Positions 38,505 to 48,326 of a stretch of 64,000 nt of DNA are shown in pieces. A program made the position numbers and the translations under genes. Each line of letters begins with the position of its first letter. Position 1 is the first letter of the stretch. The notes under the pieces were generated by a model, which saw only the letters and a program-made list of their open reading frames with translations, did no database searches and had not been told where the DNA came from. Source of the stretch: Candidatus Poribacteria bacterium (GTDB lineage Bacteria > Abyssobacteria > SURF-5); NCBI GenBank assembly GCA_016215705.1, contig JACRIR010000209.1, positions 16,530 through 80,529 on the forward strand, in the 5' to 3' direction.

Positions 38505-39665
38505 ATGAACATCTGCATGTTGTTCCAGGAATATTATCCGTCTGACTTCCGCATTGAAAAGGAAGCGCGCACACTTATCGGAGCGGGCCATAAGGTATTT
38601 CTCATTTGCCAGCGCAGGAAATCCGAACCACCTTATGAGACGGTTGACGGCCTGCGCATATATCGAGTGGACGAATACCCCCTGCGAGGTGATCTGCTGT
38701 TCTTTCAAACTTTGTACTACAATCCGCGTCGGTTCCAAAGACTTTGCGAAATCATAGATTCTGAAAACATTCATGCGCTTCATGCGCACGACCTGCCGAC
38801 CGTCCTTACAGCGGCTCGAGCCGCGAAGAAATACGGTCTCCCGCTTGTTTTCGACATGCGTGAAAACTATCCGGTCGGTATCCTCTACTGGAAGAAGCGG
38901 CGACCCTGGCATCTTCTTGTGAGCAACGTCTGGCTCGCCAGGCTGGCCGAAAGAATCTGCATAAGACTGGCCGACCGCATTATTGTGGTAAGTGACGAAC
39001 AATGGGATCGCATGGTCTCCTTTGGAGCAGGCGATAAAACACGTATTATCATGAATACCGTTGATCTGTCATTCCTTCATGCCAACGTGTCCAAAACTAC
39101 GCCGAAACCGTTGCAGGGTTTTGTCGCCGTTTATACCGGCATGTTGAATCGTCACAGAGGACTTGATACTGTCATTTCGGCGATGCCCCTGGTTCGCAAA
39201 TCTGTTCCTTCGGCAAGATTGAAAGTGGTCGGTGACGGCAACACCAAACCGGAATTAGAAAGACTGACAGAGCAACTCCATCTCAACGACTATGTTGAAT
39301 TTCTCGGGTGGGCCGATATTCCAACAATGTACGGACACATACAAGAAAGCAGCGTCGGCGTCATACCACATCGAAAGAATCCGCATACGGATTCAACTAT
39401 CCCAAACAAATTGTTCGACTACATGGCCTTGGGAAAACCTGTCGTCGCGTCTGATCTCAAACCACTGCGGCGAATAATAACTGAAACTGATTGCGGTCGC
39501 ATATTCCAGCCGGACGATCCGAAATCATGTGCTCAAGCGCTTATCGAGTGCAGCGACTTATCGCGTGCAACGGCTTTTGGGAAAAACGGCCAGAGATTCG
39601 TGGCCACAAAGTACAATTGGCAGACGGCCGCAAACACTCTCCTGGACGTCTACAGATCTTTGTAA
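38505..39665 (+). CDS. GT4-family glycosyltransferase
   Basis: Start set at MNICMLFQEYYP; C-terminal region KLFDYMALGKPVVASD. Confidence 0.75.
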   Translation: MNICMLFQEYYPSDFRIEKEARTLIGAGHKVFLICQRRKSEPPYETVDGLRIYRVDEYPLRGDLLFFQTLYYNPRRFQRLCEIIDSENIHALHAHDLPTVLTAARAAKKYGLPLVFDMRENYPVGILYWKKRRPWHLLVSNVWLARLAERICIRLADRIIVVSDEQWDRMVSFGAGDKTRIIMNTVDLSFLHANVSKTTPKPLQGFVAVYTGMLNRHRGLDTVISAMPLVRKSVPSARLKVVGDGNTKPELERLTEQLHLNDYVEFLGWADIPTMYGHIQESSVGVIPHRKNPHTDSTIPNKLFDYMALGKPVVASDLKPLRRIITETDCGRIFQPDDPKSCAQALIECSDLSRATAFGKNGQRFVATKYNWQTAANTLLDVYRSL

Positions 39666-39676
39666 AGGCGCTTCAA

Positions 39677-41659
39677 TTGGCAAATAAACCCAAGAAAAGA
39701 AGAAGTTTTCCGCAACCGTCGAGCGTGCCGGCAAGCAGTAAACCCAAGTCCGGCCCGCGTCACAGCCTGCAAACTGCCATTGTGGCCCTAATCCTGCTTG
39801 CGAGCATATTCCCTTATCTCAACATCTTCAAGAACGATTTTGTCGGATACGATGATCAGAATCTGATTCAGAATAATAGGGAAATTCATAGCCTCACGCC
39901 GGAAAACGTCGCCCATATGTTTGTCCCGCGCACGCGAGGCAATTACCAACCGATCCGTACGCTCTCCTATGCGGTCGACTACGCTGTTTGGGGTGCGCGC
40001 CCCTTCGGATTTCACCTTGCAAATCTGCTTCTCCATGTCGTGACGGTCGTTGGAGTGTGGTTGCTGATTCGCCATTTGATGCCGGAACCCCTTCCCTTTC
40101 TTGCCGCATTGATTTTCGCGGTTCATCCCATTCATGTCGAGAGCGTGACGTGGATGTCGGCGCGCAAAGACGTGCTTTCGCTGGCTTTTTTCCTGCTTGC
40201 AATCCTCGCCTACGAGAAATCACAAGACAAACAAGGTTGCGAATACGCCACGCAACCGTTGCAAGATATGAAACGACCCCGCAGGGACATGGCTCGCCGT
40301 TCCCCGGCGAACGGAATCAACGATTCTCGGACCGCTTCCCTTCCCTTGTACCTGGCCTCGATTCTCTTTACCGGCCTGGCGCTCCTCTCGAAATTGACGG
40401 CGCTATCCCTGCCTCTTTGCATTTTGCTGCTCGAAATCTGCCGCGACGGCTGGCCGAAGGTCGGCGGATTCGCTCGAAAAGTCGTCCGCCTTGCGCCGCA
40501 CATTCTGCTGGCATGCGCCGTAGTCATATTGAACTTCATGCGCTTCGGAGTCGCATCATCACACGGCGATGCGCTCGCGGGTCTTGAGGGAACGTCCGGC
40601 GCATTAACGCACGACATAAGGCTGAGCATGCCGCTCGTCGTCTGCCGATATATCGGCCTCCTTATCTTGCCTTATGGTTTGGTCACTCACTATGATGTGG
40701 CTCAGATATCGCAAATCTCTGACTTGCGGGCTTTCATTCCCATTCTAGCGCTCGCCGCAATGATTGTGTTCGGCGCTCTTTGCTTCATCAGGGGCCGAAG
40801 AGCACAGGCCTTCGGTATTGGCTGGTTTGTCATTACCTTTCTGCCGACGTCCAACATCTTTCCAACGGCTTCAATGATGAACGACCGCTACATGCACATT
40901 CCGTCCGTTGGGTTCGCAACGCTGCTTGCAATGGCCTTGTCGTACCCGGCGATAGGGATGTCTAAGAATCGGATATCGACGATCAGGATGATCACGATCA
41001 TGCCCGCCGTCATCATCGTATTGCTGTTCTCCGTTCTCACGATTCGCCGTAATGCCGACTGGCGTGACACAACGGCTCTATTCACCCGTACTCTTCGCAT
41101 GAACCCCAGGAGCGTCCAGGCCCGTCTCACTCTCGGGGCAATGAGCGCCAAGTCTGGCGATTATGACTCCGCCATCAAGATGTATCGTGATGCGCTTGAA
41201 ATAGAGCCGGGTGATTATCGCGTTCTCTATAACCTCAGCATATCGTATCAGAAGGAGGGTCTGAATCTTTTGGCCGTCAAGGCCCTCGAGGAATCGCGTG
41301 AGTCAAACCCGGATTTTCTGCCAACGCGGTTCAACCTCGCTGTGGCCTATCATGAGCAAAGGCGCTATGAACAAGCCATCGCGGAGCACAAGGAAGTTCT
41401 TCGGCTTTCCCCCGTAAACGCCGCCTCCCACGGCGACCTCGGTCGCATCTACTCTGAACTCGGCGACATGCAAACAGCCCTTAAGGAACTGAACCTGGCC
41501 TTGAGCATAAAACCAGACCTGATACCCGCTCTCATCGACAGGGCGGATTTGCTTGTTCGGCAAGGTCGGCGTGAAGAGGCTGAGATGGACTTTCAGCGAC
41601 TTGAAGCTCTGGGGGTCAAAACCGGGGATTTGCGGCGTTCAATGCCAATGTCAAATTAA
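39677..41659 (+). CDS. TMTC/PMT-like multi-TM membrane domain fused to C-terminal TPR repeats (candidate GT-C O-glycosyltransferase)
   Basis: N-terminal motif ...FAVHPIHVESVTWMSARKDVL (DUF1736-like), ~9 TM segments, then TPR repeats; start inferred at TTG 39677 or GTG 39725. Confidence 0.6.
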   Translation: MANKPKKRRSFPQPSSVPASSKPKSGPRHSLQTAIVALILLASIFPYLNIFKNDFVGYDDQNLIQNNREIHSLTPENVAHMFVPRTRGNYQPIRTLSYAVDYAVWGARPFGFHLANLLLHVVTVVGVWLLIRHLMPEPLPFLAALIFAVHPIHVESVTWMSARKDVLSLAFFLLAILAYEKSQDKQGCEYATQPLQDMKRPRRDMARRSPANGINDSRTASLPLYLASILFTGLALLSKLTALSLPLCILLLEICRDGWPKVGGFARKVVRLAPHILLACAVVILNFMRFGVASSHGDALAGLEGTSGALTHDIRLSMPLVVCRYIGLLILPYGLVTHYDVAQISQISDLRAFIPILALAAMIVFGALCFIRGRRAQAFGIGWFVITFLPTSNIFPTASMMNDRYMHIPSVGFATLLAMALSYPAIGMSKNRISTIRMITIMPAVIIVLLFSVLTIRRNADWRDTTALFTRTLRMNPRSVQARLTLGAMSAKSGDYDSAIKMYRDALEIEPGDYRVLYNLSISYQKEGLNLLAVKALEESRESNPDFLPTRFNLAVAYHEQRRYEQAIAEHKEVLRLSPVNAASHGDLGRIYSELGDMQTALKELNLALSIKPDLIPALIDRADLLVRQGRREEAEMDFQRLEALGVKTGDLRRSMPMSN

Positions 41660-41715
41660 GAAAATCGGAAAAATGATGCGACATTAGGAAAGGTAGAGAA
41701 CGCGATGCGACACTG

Positions 41716-41760
41716 AGAAAAATCGGGGACACGATGCCGCATCGTGTCCCCGATTTTTCT
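41716..41760. repeat. REP-like 45-bp palindrome ~55 bp after the TPR protein stop
   Basis: agaaaaatcggggacacgatg-ccg-catcgtgtccccgatttttct. Confidence 0.85.
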
Positions 41761-41912
41761 TAATCCCGTACCGTCTTGCGGCTTTTCTCCATGCCGTACC
41801 GTCCTCCAAATCCTCTCGGTACGGCATCTCGTCCCCGATTCTCCACTTCAACACGATGTCCTCCGTAGGGGCACGGCGCGCCGTGCCCCTACAGCAATTA
41901 TCGGACAGATTC

Positions 41913-42845
41913 TCAGTTCCTTCCTGACAACGGCCGGCGACTCAACTCCTCCGGCGTCGAGTATATTGTTATCCCCTCCCGCATAAGCCTGACAAGGTGA
42001 TCGAAGAATCCGCGCGCCTGGGTTTGCCACGAGGATGCCGATCCGATCTTGCCGGTCGTCAGCAGGCCCGCCGCTCTGAATTCCTGCCAGAAGTAAGCGC
42101 GCAAGTCCTCGCGTTCCTTCTGGTCTATTCGTTGCTTGACGTAGTGTGGGTCTAACGGCCTGACGCGTACCACCACCAGATTTCCGCTCCAGTCGCGGCA
42201 TCTCAAGTCGTACGTGGCCTGCACTCTGACCGGCAACGGGAACTCATCTTTCATCGTATCTTCAAGAGCATGATAGTAGGCCACCGGCGCCAATGATACC
42301 CCGAGACCCAGAACCTTGCCGTTCAGTTTCAGTATCCGGTCCCAAGGAGAGTCAGGGCCGAAAGTGGAAGGGGCAAGATGGTGAGATTCCGTCACGTATT
42401 TTGCATGATGGCCTACGGCCGAAACAGAGTGTGTAGGATGAATGCTCCGTTGTATATTGGGAAACTTAAGAAAGGCTGACGGTATGGCGCCAAGATATGT
42501 CCCGTGACGGCGCGGGTCAAACATGTATTTGTCGGCTGCGAGACAAGTGTTGTAGCAGCTATGCTCCAACATGTGGTAGGTTGGAATGACGAGCGTCCCG
42601 CTCGGTGTCACGGTCTCGAAGAGCGCCTCCAGAACCGTTTGCGCTCCACCATCAACGTATCCGAGACTTTTCAGCGACGAGTGCACCAGGACAACGTTGT
42701 CCTTCACGATTCCCAATGCGTGCAAATCATCGATGAGCCGTCGTTTGGAGATAGCCGGCTGAGAATTCTTGATCTGACGGCGTCGGATGGGCTGTATAAG
42801 CCTATCCTTTGCTTCCTTGAGGCGCACCCGCAGTGCCCAGAGCAT
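41913..42845 (-). CDS. AAC(3)-family (Antibiotic_NAT) N-acetyltransferase-like protein
   Basis: 310 aa; VVLVHSSLKSLGYVDGGAQTVLEAL, the signature N-terminal region of aminoglycoside 3-N-acetyltransferases. Confidence 0.7.
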   Translation of the reverse strand: MLWALRVRLKEAKDRLIQPIRRRQIKNSQPAISKRRLIDDLHALGIVKDNVVLVHSSLKSLGYVDGGAQTVLEALFETVTPSGTLVIPTYHMLEHSCYNTCLAADKYMFDPRRHGTYLGAIPSAFLKFPNIQRSIHPTHSVSAVGHHAKYVTESHHLAPSTFGPDSPWDRILKLNGKVLGLGVSLAPVAYYHALEDTMKDEFPLPVRVQATYDLRCRDWSGNLVVVRVRPLDPHYVKQRIDQKEREDLRAYFWQEFRAAGLLTTGKIGSASSWQTQARGFFDHLVRLMREGITIYSTPEELSRRPLSGRN

Positions 42846-42849
42846 TTCC

Positions 42850-44085
42850 TCAAACCCCTTCTCTTTCCCTTACCGCTTTCTCCAACATGTTTGCGTCTAC
42901 AAAGAACTTGCAGGCCCAATTGGGAAACTCATACTTCAAATAACCGCCGTCCACAGGAAACGACCCCTTTATTGCGCCCCGCTTCTCGGACGAGCCTTCA
43001 CATATCATGCTTCGCCGGACATAACGGGTCAAGGCGTATGCGGCATCCCGGTATCGTTCATCTCCCACAAAATCGAATAGCATCAGAAAGCAGATGGCGA
43101 TTTGTACGCTTCCCGTCAGGCAAGCCCAGTTCGCCGCGCTTCTCCAATCAGGATAAAGCCTGCCTGGCAGGAAGCCATCCTCTCGCACAGCGCTGAGAAC
43201 ACCATCGGCCGTTTTGCGGGATGACTCTAACAGGACAGCGTCCCGGTTGAACCTGTAAAGCTCAAGAATACCCCTCAGCGCGTAACCCAACGTATGTGTC
43301 AACGGTCTTGTGGGATCGCCGGTGCAACACCTTTCAAACCAGCCATTGTCTCTTTGCAACTTCAGCGCCCACTTTACGTTTGCAGTCGCGGAATCAGCGT
43401 AAGGTTTGTCCTGCTCTAAACGCGCTGCCTCCAATATTGCCCATGCGACGTGCGTGTCGTACGCTTTCTCACCCCTAAAGCGAACCCCGGGCTGGTTCCT
43501 GCGCCAGGCCCCATCTTTATCTTGTGTCTTGACCAGCCAATCGGCCGCTCGAATCATTGGCTCGCGATATATGTCTCCGAATTCGCGGACACCGCTCGCC
43601 AGACCGAGCAGGATTTGGCCGGTGTCAAACGTCGCAGGGAGAGGCGGCGTCGCCCCGATGAGTCCTGCTTGGAAGCACCCGTCAGGAAATTGAATTGAGA
43701 CGAGCCAGTCAAGCATGCGTTGAGCCCGCTGGCGCGCCCACGTGTTGCCACTGAGTCCGGCGTACGCCAACATGGTCGGCACGATGTAGCCGGTTGTCTC
43801 AGGATACGATGCCGCCCAGCCTTCGATGAGGCTGTAACGCGCAGAAACCCCGCCGTCATGCGAAGTGGAACAGTCTTGAGCAAACCTGAGCCAATTCGCT
43901 CCGAGTTCGATCGCCTTTTCAATGCCGGGATCTTCTGAAGGAAGCCCGAGTCGGTCGCGGCGGGCTTCAAGCCTTGCATTCTCAGGCAATGTATATTTGA
44001 TCAGTTTTGCGGCAATCCAACGGAGAGATTCGCTGGTCTTTCTGAGCATAAGCGCAGCCTGAAATCGGCCCCCCCAACTGCACAA
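42850..44085 (-). CDS. Prenyltransferase/squalene-cyclase-like alpha/alpha-toroid repeat protein; function unknown
   Basis: 411 aa; repeated QW-like motifs VSIQFPDGCF, KTQDKDGAWR, KLQRDNGWFE. Confidence 0.5.
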   Translation of the reverse strand: MCSWGGRFQAALMLRKTSESLRWIAAKLIKYTLPENARLEARRDRLGLPSEDPGIEKAIELGANWLRFAQDCSTSHDGGVSARYSLIEGWAASYPETTGYIVPTMLAYAGLSGNTWARQRAQRMLDWLVSIQFPDGCFQAGLIGATPPLPATFDTGQILLGLASGVREFGDIYREPMIRAADWLVKTQDKDGAWRRNQPGVRFRGEKAYDTHVAWAILEAARLEQDKPYADSATANVKWALKLQRDNGWFERCCTGDPTRPLTHTLGYALRGILELYRFNRDAVLLESSRKTADGVLSAVREDGFLPGRLYPDWRSAANWACLTGSVQIAICFLMLFDFVGDERYRDAAYALTRYVRRSMICEGSSEKRGAIKGSFPVDGGYLKYEFPNWACKFFVDANMLEKAVREREGV

Positions 44086-44320
44086 TCGAGCAAATCAATC
44101 ACGAAACATTTGCAGTATACACGCGCAAGAAAAGCCATGTCAATGCCGGATTAAGGGATAAGTGCGCCAAATAAGAGGTGCTGAGTCTGCCCCGAGTTTG
44201 ACAGGCCAACATGGTTCGACTATAATTTCAAAAACAGGCGTTTGTGTTTGCCGTAGTTGCAACCAGCCGCTATCACGCAACAAAAACCTCGGATTTCAAG
44301 AACTTGCACAAACTATTCTG

Positions 44321-45709
44321 ATGCGTAAAATCCCCCGTTTCAAGATATTCCTTCTTCTCGCGCTGTCTGCAACCCTCCTGCAATGTGCTGACAGGCCACA
44401 AGTTTCAGTCAAGAACGAGATGAATGTTCTCCTTATTACAATCGATACTCTTCGCGCCGACCATCTCGGCTGCTACGGCTACACTCAGCACGTTTCGCCC
44501 TCTATTGACGCCTTGGCCCATAGGGGAGTTCTATTCAGCAACTGCATAAGCCAATGCCCCATGACCCCTACGTCGCACGCTTCCATACTCACTGGTCAGG
44601 ATCCCTACCGTCACGGCGTGCGTGAGTTCCTCAGCAAAAGACTCAAGCGAGATACTCCCACTCTGGCGACCCTTCTGAAGAATGCCGGCTATCAAACCGC
44701 TGCCTTCGTCAGCGCATACTCTCTTGAGAAACAAAAATATGGGCTGGACAACGGGTTCGATGTTTATGACCAGAGTTTCTGCGAGGAGCAAGACGCCGAA
44801 CACTTCGACCAGGAAAAACAAAGGGTTAATTCTCAGCGCCAACAGAACCCGGTGCAGAGAAGGGCCGACCTGACCGCGTCTCTTGCCGTGGACTGGTTGC
44901 GCCGGATTGACAAGCGCCCGTTCTTCCTGTGGGTCCACTACTTTGATCCTCATGAGACTGTCCTCGTGCCTCCAATCATTCCCGGTCTCTTCGAGTATTC
45001 GGTCAAGGGCCCACTGACTCCTGTTCATCTGCAAATGTATGATGTCGAGATAAGGTTCGTGGACTTGATACTTAATACTTTGACCAGCGAGCTCTTCAAA
45101 ATGGGATTGGGACAAAACACCTTGATTGTTCTGACTTCCGACCACGGGCAGGGGCTTGACAACCACAACTACGAGTACCATACTCGCGCTCTCTACCAGG
45201 AACAAATCCATATTCCCTTGATCCTTGCCGGCAAACCGATACCCGTCGGCGTGAAAGTGGATGCTCTCGCCAGGTCGACGGACATCCTTCCCACCGTGCT
45301 TGATATCCTCGGCTATCCGGATGATAAGATTCCCCTCAACTTTGACGGCAGGAGCCTGCGAACTTTCTGGGAAAACACAGGTCGCGAAAAACCCGCTGAA
45401 GTCACGGCATACAGCGAAACTTTGTATTCAAAACTCAGAAGCGGCGGCTCGCCTATGTATTCGATGATTGACGGCGACATGAAGCTGATCTATCACGCCG
45501 AAGCGCAATATAAGAACGAAATGTATGACCTCGCCCGCGATCCGCTCGAGATGAACAACATATTCACTCAGCAGCCGAAGCATGCGAAAAAACTGATCGG
45601 AGAAATCAATTCTCTGCTGAAAGGAACCACGATTTCCACTCAACGGGCAAAAGCCGGGCAGGACAAGGATTGGGAGAACAAGCTGAAATCTCTCGGATAT
45701 ATGAACTAG
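44321..45709 (+). CDS. Sulfatase-like alkaline-phosphatase-superfamily hydrolase/transferase, secreted; lacks the FGly C-x-P-x-R motif
   Basis: Start at MRKIPRFKIFLLLALSATLLQC signal peptide; metal-binding N-terminus LLITIDTLRADHLGCYG; CPMTPT in place of CxPxR. Confidence 0.75.
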   Translation: MRKIPRFKIFLLLALSATLLQCADRPQVSVKNEMNVLLITIDTLRADHLGCYGYTQHVSPSIDALAHRGVLFSNCISQCPMTPTSHASILTGQDPYRHGVREFLSKRLKRDTPTLATLLKNAGYQTAAFVSAYSLEKQKYGLDNGFDVYDQSFCEEQDAEHFDQEKQRVNSQRQQNPVQRRADLTASLAVDWLRRIDKRPFFLWVHYFDPHETVLVPPIIPGLFEYSVKGPLTPVHLQMYDVEIRFVDLILNTLTSELFKMGLGQNTLIVLTSDHGQGLDNHNYEYHTRALYQEQIHIPLILAGKPIPVGVKVDALARSTDILPTVLDILGYPDDKIPLNFDGRSLRTFWENTGREKPAEVTAYSETLYSKLRSGGSPMYSMIDGDMKLIYHAEAQYKNEMYDLARDPLEMNNIFTQQPKHAKKLIGEINSLLKGTTISTQRAKAGQDKDWENKLKSLGYMN

Positions 45710-47469
45710 TGTAAGGAGTATAAGTTCTCTAGCGCCTCTTTCAGCGCTTCCGGCCGACGCGGCGATACTTCGCCGCCCTCATAAACGAGAAACGGGGAAC
45801 CAACATATCTCTCCCAATCCCTCTGATATCGACTGTCCTTCCCGACTATCCCAAGTTGCTTCACCCTCCGCCAGCGCTCGGCGCAAACCTGATCCTGCAA
45901 CGAGCGCTCCGGAAAGTAAATATGCCCGCCCAGTGCGCCAATCTTGAAGTATGCTGATTTCCCATAGGACAGCGCCCCATAGGGTATCATCTCGACGGTT
46001 ACGATTCGGACGGCGTCGAGCGACTCGTCGCCATAGAACAGGCGCAGAGCGTACTTGAGATTGTCAAACCTGAAAACGAGCGCACCCTCAACGGAATCGG
46101 GAACATTAAGGAAGAAAAACGTCGTTCCGGATCCCGGGGCCGGGTAGATTTGCGTCGTCTGCTCAACGACGTCACCCGCAATGTCGGAAGCATGCTTCCA
46201 TATGGTCTGTCTTTGTTTGAGATAATAGCAGCTTGTGCCGGCAAAAGCGATCGCTAGGACGCATCCGAGAACAATTGAATATCTCCTCGATCTCGGGGCC
46301 GCCGACTCAGAAAGCCCGAACAAAGCGACCGAAATCAATATCGCCGCCGCACTCGATCCTAGAACCATGTGTCTCTCCGATGGCACCAGTCCCAGGCAGA
46401 GGACCGGCGCGGCGCTCACCATAATCCACCATAAAAGGAACGTTGCCCTGAATCTCTTCAGGATCAACGGAACGACTACAACTGCCAGGATGGTGACTCC
46501 TCCGACTACCGGAAAAACCACTCCATTTCCTGCAAGCCTGTCGAACCAGTTTAGCGCTAAAGCCCAGTCGATTGGGGACAGGGTCATAATGAGTGAGTAC
46601 CACAATCCGACTATCAGAATTCTCCAGTCGAAGGCGGTCAGCGCGGGCGGCAAGTGTACCTGCCGCATTACCACGTGTCGGACGGCCACAAAAAGGACGC
46701 CAAGCGCAATAAATGGCAGACAGCTTGTCGCGCTTCTCATTATTGCGTTTAGCAAGCGGGAATACACGTCCGCTGTCGTCGGACCAGGACTCTCGCTCTG
46801 GCAGGGATGACCTCGATGTTCTCGAATGACTTGTGTATTCCCTCCGGCTATTGCCCCATCTCTGACAGGGTTGCTCGCTCCCAGGAGCATGTCATAGATA
46901 AAGACAATTATCGGGAGAGAAATAGCTGATTCCTTTGTCAGCAACGCGCATGCGAATAAGACCAGTGAGCACGCATATGAGGGCGTAGAACGATCCTGCC
47001 GCCATCGAATGAAACATATGAGCGATGCCAACGTGAGAATATTTTCAACAGCCCCATTAATGCTCGATATCCAGAAAATAGCTTCGGCGTGCACGCTCGA
47101 GGTCAGGAATATGACTGCCGAGACGAGGCCCAACAGCCATCTGCCCGTGATACGCAATCCCAAAACGTAAACCTCAAAACACAGAACAGCAAAACAAATG
47201 AGGCTCATCATGTGGTAGCCACCCGACCACAAATGAAACACTCTTCCTAATAACTCGAAGAAGACTTTGATTCCTGGCCGATAGTAGAGGCCCCACGACG
47301 GCCTCAGAAATTCCGAAAGCCCTTCCCGCCAGCCGACACTTTCTTGATGGAGCGCATGATAGATCACGTTGTAATCATCGGAATTGAACCCATGCTTTAT
47401 CGTCCCACCTAAAAGAATGAAGACTAAAGTGAAAAGCAGGAAAAGGAAGACGGCTTTTTTCAGTCCCAC
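45706..47469 (-). CDS. TMTC/PMT-like multi-TM membrane protein (candidate GT-C glycosyltransferase)
   Basis: 587 aa; ...SSVHAEAIFWISSINGAVENIL parallels the HP(I/V)HxE(S/A)V region of the 39677 protein; >10 TM segments. Confidence 0.55.
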   Translation of the reverse strand: MGLKKAVFLFLLFTLVFILLGGTIKHGFNSDDYNVIYHALHQESVGWREGLSEFLRPSWGLYYRPGIKVFFELLGRVFHLWSGGYHMMSLICFAVLCFEVYVLGLRITGRWLLGLVSAVIFLTSSVHAEAIFWISSINGAVENILTLASLICFIRWRQDRSTPSYACSLVLFACALLTKESAISLPIIVFIYDMLLGASNPVRDGAIAGGNTQVIREHRGHPCQSESPGPTTADVYSRLLNAIMRSATSCLPFIALGVLFVAVRHVVMRQVHLPPALTAFDWRILIVGLWYSLIMTLSPIDWALALNWFDRLAGNGVVFPVVGGVTILAVVVVPLILKRFRATFLLWWIMVSAAPVLCLGLVPSERHMVLGSSAAAILISVALFGLSESAAPRSRRYSIVLGCVLAIAFAGTSCYYLKQRQTIWKHASDIAGDVVEQTTQIYPAPGSGTTFFFLNVPDSVEGALVFRFDNLKYALRLFYGDESLDAVRIVTVEMIPYGALSYGKSAYFKIGALGGHIYFPERSLQDQVCAERWRRVKQLGIVGKDSRYQRDWERYVGSPFLVYEGGEVSPRRPEALKEALENLYSLH

Positions 47470-47502
47470 GCGCGCCCTCTCAGAGAACTGCTGTTTGTTC
47501 CT

Positions 47503-47536
47503 TAATTGGGGACACTATGCCGCATCATGTCCCAAA
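47503..47536. repeat. Degenerate REP-like copy
   Basis: ttaattggggacactatg-ccg-catcatgtcccaaaacaa; arms only partly complementary. Confidence 0.6.
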
Positions 47537-47591
47537 ACAAGGATAGCCGTGTGTCTCGCAATAGACAAACCCGTGCATCGGGTTAGGGCTC

Positions 47592-48326
47592 CTAATGCTC
47601 TTTTGTCGCAAGCAAAAGCAACGAAAGCCCGAATGGCAAGTCACAGCGTCCCAGCAGCCAGCGCTCCATTCGCATCGCTCCCAACAGAAGCTGGTTCAGC
47701 AATCGCAGGTCTTCATGATATTTTATTCGATAGTTTGCCGAAGCCTTCCTGAGTCTTCCGAAGGTGAGCCTCGCAAGCGCAACCGGCCCAAAAAGAAGAG
47801 TATTGAAATAGCTGACGCGTTTTACCCTGAAGCCCGCAGACTCTACTTTCCCGAGCAGTTCCTTCTTCGAGTATCGTCGCTTGTGGTGGAGTGCGGCGTC
47901 ATGAGCGCTCCACAGACTCTCATACGCGGGAACGCTCACGAGCAGATTTCCTTTAGGCGCTGCGACTCTGAACACTTCGCGGAGCACGGCATTATCGTCC
48001 TCACAATGCTCGAGCAAGTCGGCCGCAATCAGCAATCCGAATGCGCCCGACTTGAAGGGAAGCGCCCCTGCGTCGGCCCGGCAGAGTCTCGAAATGCCCG
48101 TGCCGCGGCAGTAAGCGAGCGCGCCCATGTTGCAGTCCATCCCGAAGATGCGTCCTGCCGCCGTGAATCGTTTCATCATGAGACCGGAGCCGCATCCGAT
48201 GTCCAGGATCGGCCTGTCTTTCAACGAGTCGGTTTGTGCGCTGGAAAAGAGAATATCGCGTGTGCCGACAAACCACCAGTGATTCTCGCCCAGCCGGAAC
48301 AACTGAGCGTACTCCCCAGGATTCAT
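47592..48326 (-). CDS. Class I SAM-dependent methyltransferase
   Basis: 244 aa; SAM-binding motif ILDIGCGSGLMM. Confidence 0.8.
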   Translation of the reverse strand: MNPGEYAQLFRLGENHWWFVGTRDILFSSAQTDSLKDRPILDIGCGSGLMMKRFTAAGRIFGMDCNMGALAYCRGTGISRLCRADAGALPFKSGAFGLLIAADLLEHCEDDNAVLREVFRVAAPKGNLLVSVPAYESLWSAHDAALHHKRRYSKKELLGKVESAGFRVKRVSYFNTLLFGPVALARLTFGRLRKASANYRIKYHEDLRLLNQLLLGAMRMERWLLGRCDLPFGLSLLLLATKEH

